64,000 bases of DNA from an uncultured cyanobacterium (lineage in GTDB: Bacteria > Cyanobacteriota > Cyanobacteriia > Cyanobacteriales > Nostocaceae), in NCBI GenBank assembly GCA_963706595.1, contig OY970166.1, positions 1,856,001 through 1,920,000 on the forward strand, read 5' to 3'. Both the position numbers and the translations under genes were made by a program. Under the pieces are notes generated by a model that was not told where the DNA came from, ran no database searches, and saw only the letters and a list, made by a program, of their open reading frames with translations. Below are positions 10,161 through 20,178 of this stretch, piece after piece (position 1 is the stretch's first letter; every line of letters starts with the position of its first letter).

Positions 10161-10634
10161 ATGACTAGCATGATTAAATTTCCTTGGCAGCAAGAGACTA
10201 TAATCATTCGCAGCCAACGCATTCTCAACAGTTTTCAGCATTGGCTAGGATATTCTTTGTTGAATGTGAGTGGTTCACCCGCAGAAATAGCCCAAGCGTT
10301 GTTTGAAGCACCTTTTATTTTAGCTGCTCACGGTACAGAAGCAAATCCGATTTTTAATTATGGAAACTGCAAAGCTTTAGAACAATGGGAAATGTCTTGG
10401 GAGGAATTTACCCGTACACCTTCACGAAAAACGGCTGAAGCGGTAGCACAAGAAGAACGCGATCGCTTGTTAGCAGAAGCAGCAACTAAAGGCTTTAGCT
10501 ATTTTTCCGGTGTGCGAATCACCAGCACAGGTAAACGCTTTCAAATCGAAGACGGTATTCTCTGGAATCTTTTAGATCAGCAACATCAGTATTGTGGTCA
10601 AGCTGCTGTCTACTCTAAATGTGAATTTATCTGA
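10161..10634 (+). CDS. MEKHLA domain protein
   Basis: LFEAPF..AHG...PIFNYGN..AL, PSR.TAE, GVRI...GKRF.I, GQAA motifs. Confidence 0.88.
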   Translation: MTSMIKFPWQQETIIIRSQRILNSFQHWLGYSLLNVSGSPAEIAQALFEAPFILAAHGTEANPIFNYGNCKALEQWEMSWEEFTRTPSRKTAEAVAQEERDRLLAEAATKGFSYFSGVRITSTGKRFQIEDGILWNLLDQQHQYCGQAAVYSKCEFI

Positions 10635-10730
10635 CAAGACACTAATTCATTAAATAAATACAGATAAATCCGTACCTCAGTAGACTAGGAAACGCTATAA
10701 CTAACGATTGAGTCCCTAAAAACTTACTTA

Positions 10731-10913
10731 CTATTTTTTTCGAGCTTTCCAAGTCCCACCGTAAACATAAAACGGGTTATTTTCACTCACACCCGCCCAA
10801 CATTCACGACAAACAAAAATCCAGTCGCCTGCTTTTTCCAACTTCACCCTAAACAAAATCGGTGCAGATTGACTACACCGATTGCACAATTTCACTCTCA
10901 TAGCACCTGACAT
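10731..10913 (-). CDS. Small CxxC...CxxC hypothetical protein
   Basis: CNRC...WIFVCRECW...YVYGGTWKA. Confidence 0.7.
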   Translation of the reverse strand: MSGAMRVKLCNRCSQSAPILFRVKLEKAGDWIFVCRECWAGVSENNPFYVYGGTWKARKK

Positions 10914-10918
10914 TTACC

Positions 10919-11995
10919 TCACGCCAAAGCTGAAGCTTGGGGTTTAGCAAAAATCATCCGTCCGGCGGAGGTTTGCAAAGCACTGGTGACAACTACTCGA
11001 ACTTCACCACCAACATAATTACTACCTTCCTCAACCACAACCATTGTGCCATCGTCTAGGTAGCCAACGCCTTGACTAGGTTCTTTGCCTTCTTTGAGAA
11101 TCTTCAGGTCAAGATTATCACCGGGTAAGTAAGTAGAACGCACAGCATTTACTAAGTCATTGACGTTCAAAACAGGCACTTTCTGCACACTGGCTACTTT
11201 CGATAAGTTGTAATCATTAGTTAGCAGTGTACCGTTGATTTCTTGGGCAAAGCGGACTAACTTAGCATCCACTGTGGCAATGTCTTCATAGTCAACGGGG
11301 TTAATTAAGATCCGGTCTGGGTACTCCTTCTTAATGCGCGTGAGAATTTCTAATCCGCGCCTTCCCCGTACCCGCTTTTGGTCTTTACTCGCATCGGCTA
11401 CTTGTTGCAATTCCTGCAAGACAAACTGGGGGACTAAAATTTGTCCTTCTAGAAATCCGGTTTCCAGTAGGGCTTCAATGCGACCATCAATAATGCAACT
11501 GGTGTCTAAAACTTTAGTATTGGCAGGTTTTAGCGTCCCTTCCACTACCATTGTCTCTACGGTGTTGGGATTAATGAACCGCAATAAACCCCGCCCGTGG
11601 GTATCGGCTAAATTCATCCCGGTGACAGCCAGCAAAATACTGCCCACAACTGCCACCAATGGCTTAATAAAGCCAAAATCCGGCGGGATAGGCAGCAAGA
11701 ATAATGGGGCTAGCATTAAGTTAGCTAGCAATAGCCCAATTACTAAGCCAATGGCACGAGTTAAAATCATTTCTAGGGGCATTTCTCGGACTTGTACTTC
11801 TAAGCGCCGATATGACGTTTGGAAACTCAGTCCGATAGCACCGCCAAGAATAGCGGCAAAGACGGCTACAACTAAGCGTAAAGCTTCTAAATTTGTGACC
11901 GCATCTAGGGAACCATCGGGTAGTAGTTCAATGCTATAGAACCCTATTCCCGCAGCAGCTAGGATGAATGAGATAATGATAATGGCATCAAGCAT
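10919..11995 (-). CDS. PIN/TRAM domain membrane protein (YacL/Ycf81-like)
   Basis: Four TM segments, VLDTSCIIDGR, TNDYNL, GKE..QGVGYLDDGTMVVVE. Confidence 0.92.
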   Translation of the reverse strand: MLDAIIIISFILAAAGIGFYSIELLPDGSLDAVTNLEALRLVVAVFAAILGGAIGLSFQTSYRRLEVQVREMPLEMILTRAIGLVIGLLLANLMLAPLFLLPIPPDFGFIKPLVAVVGSILLAVTGMNLADTHGRGLLRFINPNTVETMVVEGTLKPANTKVLDTSCIIDGRIEALLETGFLEGQILVPQFVLQELQQVADASKDQKRVRGRRGLEILTRIKKEYPDRILINPVDYEDIATVDAKLVRFAQEINGTLLTNDYNLSKVASVQKVPVLNVNDLVNAVRSTYLPGDNLDLKILKEGKEPSQGVGYLDDGTMVVVEEGSNYVGGEVRVVVTSALQTSAGRMIFAKPQASALA

Positions 11996-12238
11996 AGTTT
12001 TGTGGTTTTCCTGCGATTGTGTGATCCTATCAAGTCAAGTATTTTTCATCGGTAAGAGCGATTGATCAATCTTGACTTACACTAGGCGTTGAAGCAGGGA
12101 ATATCTGCAAATATTATAACCAAAGTGTTTTCTGTGAATATTTTGCATGATTTTGTGGTATAAAGATAATTTTTTGCAAAAAACTGCTTATTTTCGTTGT
12201 TTATAATTTTCAGTTAAATTAATTAATTCTTTCTCATA

Positions 12239-13420
12239 ATGAATCAAAAAGTTAATATATCGGGCATTACCAGTTCTGCTTATGTCCACATTCCCTTTTG
12301 CAGGCGGCGGTGTTTTTATTGTGATTTCCCTGTGTTTGTGGTGGGCGATCGCCTGCGGGGTGAAACATCTGGTACTATCTCTCAATATGTAGAGGTGCTA
12401 TGTCAAGAAATTGCCATGACGGCTGCATCTGGTGAACCTCTGAAAACAATTTTTTTTGGTGGTGGGACTCCTTCTTTACTATCTATAGAACAGTTACAAC
12501 AGATATTGGCAACGCTAGAAAAACATTTTGGGATTGCTGCTGGTGCAGAAATCTCTATGGAAGTAGACCCAGGCACGTTTGATTTAGCACATCTATCTGG
12601 CTATCGTAGCGTTGGCGTAAATCGGGTAAGTTTGGGTGTACAAGCGTTTCAACCCGAATTATTGCAGGTTGCGGGGCGATCGCACTCTGTTGTAGATATT
12701 CTCACATCTGTGGACTTAATTCACCAAGTAGAAATAGCCGAATTTAGCTTAGACCTAATCTCAGGTTTGCCGCATCAGTCTTTAGAACAATGGCAGGATT
12801 CTTTAAATCAGGCAGTAACGTTAACGCCTACTCACATATCTATCTATGACCTTACCATAGAAGCTGGGACGGCTTTTGGTCGTTATTACAAACCTGGGGA
12901 CAAGCCATTACCAACGGATGAAACCACAGTCAAAATGTACGAAACAGCACAGCAAGTTTTGACGAATGCTGGTTATGAACATTACGAAATTTCTAATTAT
13001 GCTCGTCCTGGGCATCAATGTCAGCATAATCGAGTGTATTGGGAAAACCGCCCTTATTATGCTTTTGGCATGGGTGCGGCGAGTTATATAGAAGGAAAGC
13101 GCTTCACTCGTCCGCGCAAAACTCAGGAGTATTACCAGTGGGTGAAAGCTGGGGGTGTAATTGATTGTGAAGTGACTCCAGTAGAAGAGGTATTATTAGA
13201 AACTTTAATGTTGGGGTTGCGGTTGGCTGACGGTGTGAGTTTGGCAATGTTGGCTGAAAAGTTTGGGGAAGGAAAGGTAAAAGAAATTCACCAATGTTTA
13301 CAACCTTATTTCGCTAAGGCTTGGGTGGAAGTTGTTGGGGAAAGGTTGCGTTTATCTGATCCCCAAGGGTTTTTGTTTTCTAATGTGGTTTTGGCTGATT
13401 TATTTGAAAAGTTGGGTTAA
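12239..13420 (+). CDS. hemW: Radical SAM heme chaperone HemW (HemN-like)
   Basis: YVHIPFCRRRCFYCDF, FFGGGTPS, YEISNY, HNRVYW. Confidence 0.92.
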   Translation: MNQKVNISGITSSAYVHIPFCRRRCFYCDFPVFVVGDRLRGETSGTISQYVEVLCQEIAMTAASGEPLKTIFFGGGTPSLLSIEQLQQILATLEKHFGIAAGAEISMEVDPGTFDLAHLSGYRSVGVNRVSLGVQAFQPELLQVAGRSHSVVDILTSVDLIHQVEIAEFSLDLISGLPHQSLEQWQDSLNQAVTLTPTHISIYDLTIEAGTAFGRYYKPGDKPLPTDETTVKMYETAQQVLTNAGYEHYEISNYARPGHQCQHNRVYWENRPYYAFGMGAASYIEGKRFTRPRKTQEYYQWVKAGGVIDCEVTPVEEVLLETLMLGLRLADGVSLAMLAEKFGEGKVKEIHQCLQPYFAKAWVEVVGERLRLSDPQGFLFSNVVLADLFEKLG

Positions 13421-13447
13421 TTAACCGCCTTTGCGCGCGAAGGTTCA

Positions 13448-13478
13448 GATCCCCGACTTCTTCAAGAAGTCGGGGATC
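13448..13478. repeat. Palindromic dispersed repeat
   Basis: GATCCCCGACTTCTTCAAGAAGTCGGGGATC; degenerate relatives near 52006 and 62345. Confidence 0.6.
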
Positions 13479-13576
13479 TATATCTATATTGGGATAATTA
13501 CTCGTTTCATGTATATTTGACCTAATCACCATGATTGCCAAAATAAAAAACCGAGGAAAGTTGTAGAAATGCTTAT

Positions 13577-13912
13577 ATGAAAATTCCGTCTGATGCTATT
13601 ATTGCGGACGAAAAAATCACCGGCTACTTATTAGTACCACGAGAACAAGATGATAAATCAAAGTTTCTTGCCCAAGCTGGATTTACACAAGAAAACCCAA
13701 AACTCTTACAAGCAGCAATTCGACAACTGGCAGATTCAACATTAGCAACAAAAGATAGAGATAATGAATATGGAGTGTTCTATCGCGTCACTGGTGAATT
13801 AATCGGCTTAAATCAGCGAAACTTACCAGTGATTACAGTTTGGCTACAAAGGACTGCTGACAGAAAGTTTCAATTTATCACACTCAAACCTAACAGGGAG
13901 ACTTTTCGATGA
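13577..13912 (+). CDS. DUF6883-like protein (putative toxin/nuclease-like)
   Basis: A.I..EKI..YLL.P....KSKFL...GF, YG..Y...G.L, ITVW, FITL.P pattern. Confidence 0.7.
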   Translation: MKIPSDAIIADEKITGYLLVPREQDDKSKFLAQAGFTQENPKLLQAAIRQLADSTLATKDRDNEYGVFYRVTGELIGLNQRNLPVITVWLQRTADRKFQFITLKPNRETFR

Positions 13913-14154
13913 AATTTGAACTATACCAGCGTGTGGCTTTAAATCGTGACTTAAACGAATATCAGTTAAAACAAGGTGATGTGGCAACTTTAATTGATTT
14001 TGTTCCTCATCCTAGCAATGGTTCAGAAGGATGTGTTTTAGAAGTATTCAGTGCTATTGGTGAATCAATAGCTGTTGTCATCGTTCCCATAACTGATATT
14101 AAACCACTGAAAAATCACGAAATTTTAAGTGTTCGCTCTTTGGTGGAAATTTAA
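13909..14154 (+). CDS. DUF4926-like protein (partner of upstream gene)
   Basis: ELYQRVAL.RD....L..GDVAT, G.VLEVF.A.GE.IAVV.V; ATGA overlap. Confidence 0.75.
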   Translation: MKFELYQRVALNRDLNEYQLKQGDVATLIDFVPHPSNGSEGCVLEVFSAIGESIAVVIVPITDIKPLKNHEILSVRSLVEI

Positions 14155-14248
14155 TCTGTGCAGTAGCTCATTTTGACTCAATCTTTTATAATACGAGAAT
14201 CTGAGGGTTATTTATGTGAATGAATTAACACAGATATGCGGATATTTT

Positions 14249-14686
14249 TCAATTATTTGATTCTGGAAAAAAATCGGCTGATAAAATTTCTGTTAAGCTG
14301 TAACAACAAGTTTCAGGAAATAAAGATAAACCTGTTTCTTTTTCAGCGCTGATGGTAGCCAACGGATAAACTTTGTCTATAATTTCGGTAAGATGAGATT
14401 TCAGACTAGGATTTTCTTGCAGCAGTTGTTCTAAACGTAGACGTTGTTCTTTGATGGTTAATTGCCAACTGCGGGAACGGAGATTAGGCTGAAATTGCCA
14501 TTTAAGTAAGTGCATTATTAATATTTCTAATCTACTGGCTAATTGTCGTTTTTCAGACCGTCCCATATCTTCGATTTCTTCAGCAATTTTTAGCCAATCT
14601 AATTGATGTATTTGTCTTGTTCTCAACAGATGCGCTTGCTGTTGTGTCCAAGCATAAAAATCATTTTCATGGCTGGCTGGGTTCAT
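14249..14686 (-). CDS. DUF29 family protein
   Basis: DFYAW, LDW..IAEEIEDMGRSE, HLLKWQFQP..RSRSW..TI.EQR, NPSLK. Confidence 0.92.
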   Translation of the reverse strand: MNPASHENDFYAWTQQQAHLLRTRQIHQLDWLKIAEEIEDMGRSEKRQLASRLEILIMHLLKWQFQPNLRSRSWQLTIKEQRLRLEQLLQENPSLKSHLTEIIDKVYPLATISAEKETGLSLFPETCCYSLTEILSADFFPESNN

Positions 14687-14855
14687 AGTTTTTCAGTGAA
14701 TTGTATGGGGTTTCCGCGTCTGCTTGGGTACAAATATATATATCTGACTTGGGAGGACTTAATTTTTTAGCAATTATTTACAAATACCACTTGATTAAAT
14801 CGCTAGGATTATGTATTATATTAATTACTCATCCAAAAAATAAAAAAATATTTGA

Positions 14856-15060
14856 TCGCGCCAAGCGCGAGACGGTAAGAAGGGCAAAGAAAAAAGAGCA
14901 GAGTGCAGAGGGCAAAAGAGCAAAGGGCTAAAGAGTCCTCGCCGCCGCACCACTACAGACAACCCGAAAACCGATATTGTTGTACGCGTAGTCTGGGTTG
15001 AAGCTGTTGCGACACGGCAGAACGACAGCAAGCAGGATTGTGGTTCCATGAACCACCGCG
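14856..15060 (-). other. Putative DGR variable region plus downstream pyrimidine-rich tract and GC hairpin
   Basis: RGGSW...GFRVV CLec terminus rich in NNY codons; after the stop a CCCTTTGCTCTTTTGCCCT tract and the hairpin TCGCGC-TTG-GCGCGA. Confidence 0.6.
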
Positions 15061-16929
15061 CAGCAGCCGGGATTGATATTGATTATCATTATCACTTAAC
15101 CAAGCGCTACCGTCTGCGGGTGCATTATTATAATTTTCGTGCCACTCATCCTGACACCATTCCCATATATTACCACACATATCAAATAAACCAAAGGGGT
15201 TGGCATCAAATTTTCCCACATCGGTTGTTTGCTCTCGATATTCACCCTTTGGCCCTTGACCATAATTGCCTGGGTAAGTGGTTCCTTGATAATCCCAGTC
15301 TGTCCCTCGGTAATTAGCTAAATCCGTGGTAATTGTGTCACCAAAATAAAACGGCGTAGTTCTTCCCGCCCGACAAGCATATTCCCATTCAGCTTCACTG
15401 GGTAAGCGATAGGTTTTTCCAGTCTTTTGAGATATTCGGGCGCAAAACTCAACCGCGTCATCCCAAGAAACAGATTCTACAGGTCGATTAGCACCTTTAA
15501 AATGGGATGGGTCGGGATTTAAATCAATCTTGACTTTATCAAAAGCAGCAACGACTGCCCATTGAGCTTGAGTGACGGTATATTTCTCCATGAAAAAGTC
15601 TTGAATGGTGACGCTGTGCTGAGGACTTTCAGACTCACGTCGTTTTAGCTCATTTTTTGGCGAACCCATGAGAAATGTACCCCCAGGAATTTTCACCATA
15701 TCTATAACCACACCATTACCCAAGTCTTCTGTAAAATACTCGGCGCGTCCCCGACTGCGGTTGATAATTTGCCCTTGAGCATCCACCTTCACTATGTCAA
15801 ACTCAAATTGATTGGCTAAGTTTGGTGGTATTGGTTCAGGTGCGGTTAGTTTTTGTTGACCAATAATCCTTTTTTCTATTGGTGCTACATCTTCATCTCT
15901 CAAACCTAAATGTTGCTGATACTCTCTGAGGACATTGAGAGTTCTTTCACTCAGGGTCGGCTCATCTGCAATTGTCTCAACCAAGGCTTGTTTATATTCT
16001 TCTAATTTACCCTGATACTCTTGATATGGTTTTTGAACTTCCGCTTCAATAGAATTAGCCACACCAGAGTCAAGCTTCAAGCGATGGCGGAATGAGTTTA
16101 ACAGGCGACGGGCTATAGGAGTAAACTCGCCAAAATCATCAATGAGGCGTTCAACTTCCTTGCGATACTTCAGCCTGGGGTCATCCTTGGGCGACTTCGC
16201 CAAAACAATCGGACTACCCCGGTTCAAGGAATACATCTGTGGTGTCATGGCGGGGGATACTTCTTGCACTTTGCTTTTCGCATACTCATGCAACTCATCT
16301 ACTGCAATCCAACCATCCCCGTTTTTATCGGCTGCGCCAGTCGAAATCCCTTCTACCAGATAATTAGTATAAATCCCAAAGTCTAAACTTTCGGACTCCC
16401 AAGCCTTTTGTGTAGAACTACAAGCTGTGAGAATTGCCGTTCCTTCACCCCCTAACTGCTGCTTCAGGTCAATATCCCCACTATCTCTGGGTGTCATACC
16501 ATCGGCAAAAGCAGCACTATGACAGCAATCTAAAATTACCACTTTTCTCTTAGACTTGCTGAGATACATATAACTATGTACAGTTTCTGCTTTTAGGGCT
16601 GTGGGGAGGTTTAATTCTCCTTGATTATTTTTTTGAGTGATGGGAGTCGAGAAGTAAAAATCACCATTTTCGACGGTCAGCCCATGACCAGCAAAATAAA
16701 AAAGTACCAAATCATCTTTTTGACGATTCTGATACAAGTTAAAAATAGCAGTTTCCATTTCTTGCCGTTGAGGATTTATCAGCACAGTGACATCCTTCTC
16801 AGCAAAATCACCCCTTTCTGGGTCTACCAAAACTCCCCGCATCGCCGCAACATCTTTCTCCGCTTTGGGTAGCTGTGCTAATGGTGGCTTATATTCACTA
16901 ATCCCTATCAGTAGTGCTATTTTCGCCAT
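14928..16929 (-). CDS. Caspase (peptidase C14, EACC1-associated type) fused to an FGE-sulfatase/CLec domain; +1 frameshift at ~15016
   Basis: FAGHG and LDCCHS catalytic dyad; F.MGS, YRLPSEAEWEYACRAG, N.FGLFDM.GN.WEWC, RGGSW; removing one base restores ...SACRNSFNPDYAYNNIGFRVVCSGAAARTL-stop (666 aa). Confidence 0.88.
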
Positions 16930-16930
16930 T

Positions 16931-17323
16931 TTAGCTGTTTGATGTATTGTTCAAAAAATCCTGTGCTTTTTGGATAGCCAATTCCAATTCTTGTGCATTG
17001 CTAACTTCTACGTGGAGTTTTCTGCCATCAGCCGCTTCCAGATCCAGCTTAAGTCTTTTGTTGCCGAAGCGATCGCCCAGAAATTTAAACACAGTCTTAA
17101 TATGCGCCGGGTTAACTTGTGCTTTTAACAACCCCCACACATAGCCGCTTATACTCCTTGTACCCTGGGGTGCGTTTTCCTCTGCGACTAAACCTGCATC
17201 TTCTACACCATCAACTTTTTTTAACTGGGGGAGCAAATTTTGGACTTTTTTTTGCAAATCCTCATCATCCAAACCCAGTTCAGTGAGAGAAATCGTCACC
17301 TGAACGTTAGATGTATTTACCAT
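16931..17323 (-). CDS. EACC1-like effector-associated constant component
   Basis: 130 aa, DEDLQ..VQNL..QL, APQGTRS, single hydrophobic segment, LEAADGRKL.VE; ends 1 nt before the caspase ATG. Confidence 0.65.
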   Translation of the reverse strand: MVNTSNVQVTISLTELGLDDEDLQKKVQNLLPQLKKVDGVEDAGLVAEENAPQGTRSISGYVWGLLKAQVNPAHIKTVFKFLGDRFGNKRLKLDLEAADGRKLHVEVSNAQELELAIQKAQDFLNNTSNS

Positions 17324-17692
17324 ATCAAGCGCTTAAATATAATTTAGAGTCATTTTAAACGATTGTATCCGTTTTTCTGAGTAGTTTACGAAATATTCAG
17401 GGAGAAAACGCTGAATTTGCACTGTAACCCACATTTGATGTTTATGGGCAGTTTCAGTTGTTCAGATGGCTGGTTTGTTTCTCTGTGCTGGCTGTTGTTT
17501 CCCAATTTTTATGAAACGAACCACATAAAGCCTTCCGCATAGCTAGAGCCTCCGGCACGCTACCGCGAACGCTTATGGCGCTAGCCTCTCCCTTTGGGAG
17601 AAGACACCAAGACACTAAGGAATTATGTATATTAATTTACTTCTAAACTGCTGTAATTGGGAATTTTGACTTCTGGCTCAGGCGTTTTAGGG

Positions 17693-19846
17693 TTAAATAC
17701 CCAGGAATAAATCCTTGTAAGCTTCAGCCAAATCAGGATTAATTGCCTGCACCTGGGTGAAATCAGCCAGGGCTAATCCCCATTTTTTCTGCTCCTTGTA
17801 AACAAGACCACGATTGATATAAGCTTCAGCTAAATCAGGATTAATTGCCAGCGACCGATTGTAATCAGCCAGAGCTAATTCCCATTTTTTCTGCTGATAG
17901 TAAACCAGACCGCGATTGATGTAAGCTTCAGCCAAATCAGGATTAATTGCCAACGCCTGATTGTAATCACCCAGGGCTAATTCCCATTTTTTCTGCACAG
18001 AGTAAACATGACCGCGACGGTTGTAAGCTAGATCATAAAAAGGATTAATTGCCAGCGCTCGATTGTAATTACCCAGGGCTAATTCCCATTTTTTTTGCTG
18101 AGAGTAAACATGGCCGCGATTCATGAACGCATTAGCCAAATTGGGATTAATGGTCAGCGCCCGATAGTAATCAACCAGGGCTAATTCCCATTTTTTTTGC
18201 TCATAGTAAACCAGACCGCGATTGATGTAAGTATCAGCCAAATCAGGATTAATTACGATTACTTGGTTGAAATCAGCCAGGGCTAATTCCCATTTTTTCT
18301 GCTCATAGTAAACATGACCGCGACAGATATAAGCATTAGCCAAATCAGGATTATTTCGCAGCGCCCGACTATAATCAGCGAGGGCTAATTCCCATTTTTT
18401 CTGCACAGAGTAAACATGACCGCGTTTGTAGTAAGCTAGATCATAAAAAGGATTAATTGCCAGCGCCCGATTATAATCAGCGAGGGCTAATTCCCATTTT
18501 TTCTGCACAGAGTAAACATGACCGCGACAGATATAAGCATTAGCCAAATCGGGATTAATTTGCAGCAACTGATTGTAATCAGCCAGGGCTAATTCCCATT
18601 TTTTCTGGACAGAATAAACATTACTGCGATTGTTCTCAGCATCAGCCAAATCAGGAATTGCCAGCGCCCGATTATAATCAGCGAGGGCTAATTCCCATTT
18701 CTCCTGCTGCTTGTAAACGTTACCACGTTTGTAGTAAGCTAGATCATGAATAGGATTAATTGCGATCGCCCGATTATAATCAGCCAGGGCTAATTCCCAT
18801 TTTTCCTGCTTCTCGTAAACATGACCACGACAGATGTAAGCTACAGCATTATCAGGATTAATTTGCAGCACCTGGGTTAAATCAGCCAGTGCTAATTCCC
18901 ATTTTTCCTGGTTATTGTTAACATTTTTCCCGTGCCAAGATGACGGGGTAACTGCTGGACTCACAGGACGCAAAGCATGAATAACTTCTGCAACCGACTG
19001 AAAACGGTCTTTGGGGATGGGATGGGCTAACTTGTTCAGAATTTTACCCAATTTATCACTAACCACATTCCCATTCAAGTAATCCCGCCATACCCATTCT
19101 CCTTCTAGGTGACTATATAAATAAAAAGGGCTAACTCCTGTTAATAAATGTAGACAAGTCACCCCTAAACTATATAAATCACTGACAAAAAAGGGTTTCC
19201 CCATAGACTGTTCAGGAGCGCAATATTCCGCCGAACCGATAATTGTTCCTATAGCTGTGCGTTGCTGTTGCTTTACTACCTTGGCCGCGCCAAAGTCTAC
19301 TAAAAATAACTTGTTGTCACTGCTGCGCCGGATGATACTCTCTGGTTTAATATCTCGGTGAATTACTTGTTTACTGTGGACAAATTCTAGGATTTCTAAT
19401 ATTTCTAGCAATAATTCTCTAATCTGTTTTTCGCCAAATACACCATTATTATCTAACTCGGCTTGTAGGGTGTTTCCTTGCACAAATTCTTGCACTAAAT
19501 ATTGACGATTATCTACGATAAAATAAGCCATCAACTCAGGAATTTGTGGATGTTTCCCTAACTCTTCTAATCGTTGTGCTTGCTGTGCAAATAACCCGGA
19601 TGCTTTTTCAATGCTATCTGTCCCTTGCGCCTGGGGTAAAAACTGTTTGATTACACAATAGGGTTGGGACGGTTGATTTTGATCTGTAGCTAGAAATGTG
19701 CGACCAAAACCACCTTGACCTAAAATTGAGCGGGGTATATACCTTTCTGTCAGCATTAACTTACTACCGCATTTCTGACAGTATTTAAAATTGTCAGGGT
19801 TAGGGTGCAGACAGTCTGGGTTCAGACAATAGATCATGTTCATCAT
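17693..19846 (-). CDS. Ser/Thr kinase-like domain (probably inactive) with 4-Cys N-terminal prefix and ~12 TPR units
   Basis: [34 protein letters not shown]; 102-bp DNA repeats encoding QKKWELALADY..AL.INP..A.AY..RG.VY. Confidence 0.9.
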   Translation of the reverse strand: MMNMIYCLNPDCLHPNPDNFKYCQKCGSKLMLTERYIPRSILGQGGFGRTFLATDQNQPSQPYCVIKQFLPQAQGTDSIEKASGLFAQQAQRLEELGKHPQIPELMAYFIVDNRQYLVQEFVQGNTLQAELDNNGVFGEKQIRELLLEILEILEFVHSKQVIHRDIKPESIIRRSSDNKLFLVDFGAAKVVKQQQRTAIGTIIGSAEYCAPEQSMGKPFFVSDLYSLGVTCLHLLTGVSPFYLYSHLEGEWVWRDYLNGNVVSDKLGKILNKLAHPIPKDRFQSVAEVIHALRPVSPAVTPSSWHGKNVNNNQEKWELALADLTQVLQINPDNAVAYICRGHVYEKQEKWELALADYNRAIAINPIHDLAYYKRGNVYKQQEKWELALADYNRALAIPDLADAENNRSNVYSVQKKWELALADYNQLLQINPDLANAYICRGHVYSVQKKWELALADYNRALAINPFYDLAYYKRGHVYSVQKKWELALADYSRALRNNPDLANAYICRGHVYYEQKKWELALADFNQVIVINPDLADTYINRGLVYYEQKKWELALVDYYRALTINPNLANAFMNRGHVYSQQKKWELALGNYNRALAINPFYDLAYNRRGHVYSVQKKWELALGDYNQALAINPDLAEAYINRGLVYYQQKKWELALADYNRSLAINPDLAEAYINRGLVYKEQKKWGLALADFTQVQAINPDLAEAYKDLFLGI

Positions 19847-20178
19847 GTCTGGGGGTGAGGATTGTGGGGATTAGGTGAGGGTGGTGATATTTTGCTACGC
19901 AAAAGCATTATACACAAAATTTGAGTGTTATTAGCTACGCCGCTACTGCAAAAGCGATACTCTCAAGAAATACATTTTAAAATCGTTACCAGATAAAAAT
20001 TTCCTGTTTTCACATATTTATGAAACGAACCACGTTATCGCTAGCCTCTTTCTTTGGGCTACGGTGTACACACATCATGAGACCCCACCCCTAACCCCTC
20101 CGGTGCAAGCGAGGAGGGGAACTAGATTTCCGCTTAAATCTTGTTTTTAAGTCAATTAATTTTGCAGAATATACATAC

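Noticed and set aside
11334..11939. Long antisense ORFs (e.g. 11334-11939, 33864-34307, 41664-42158, 62468-63037)
   Set aside because: Shadows of well-supported genes on the opposite strand with no recognisable motifs
17700..18910. 102-bp DNA repeats as a possible CRISPR or DGR template array
   Set aside because: They are in-frame TPR-coding repeats; differences include non-adenine positions and no RT is nearby
17508..20033. 17-bp direct repeat TTTATGAAACGAACCAC on both sides of the kinase-TPR gene as att sites
   Set aside because: Both copies begin degenerate dispersed-repeat elements and there is no integrase, so an excisable unit cannot be supported
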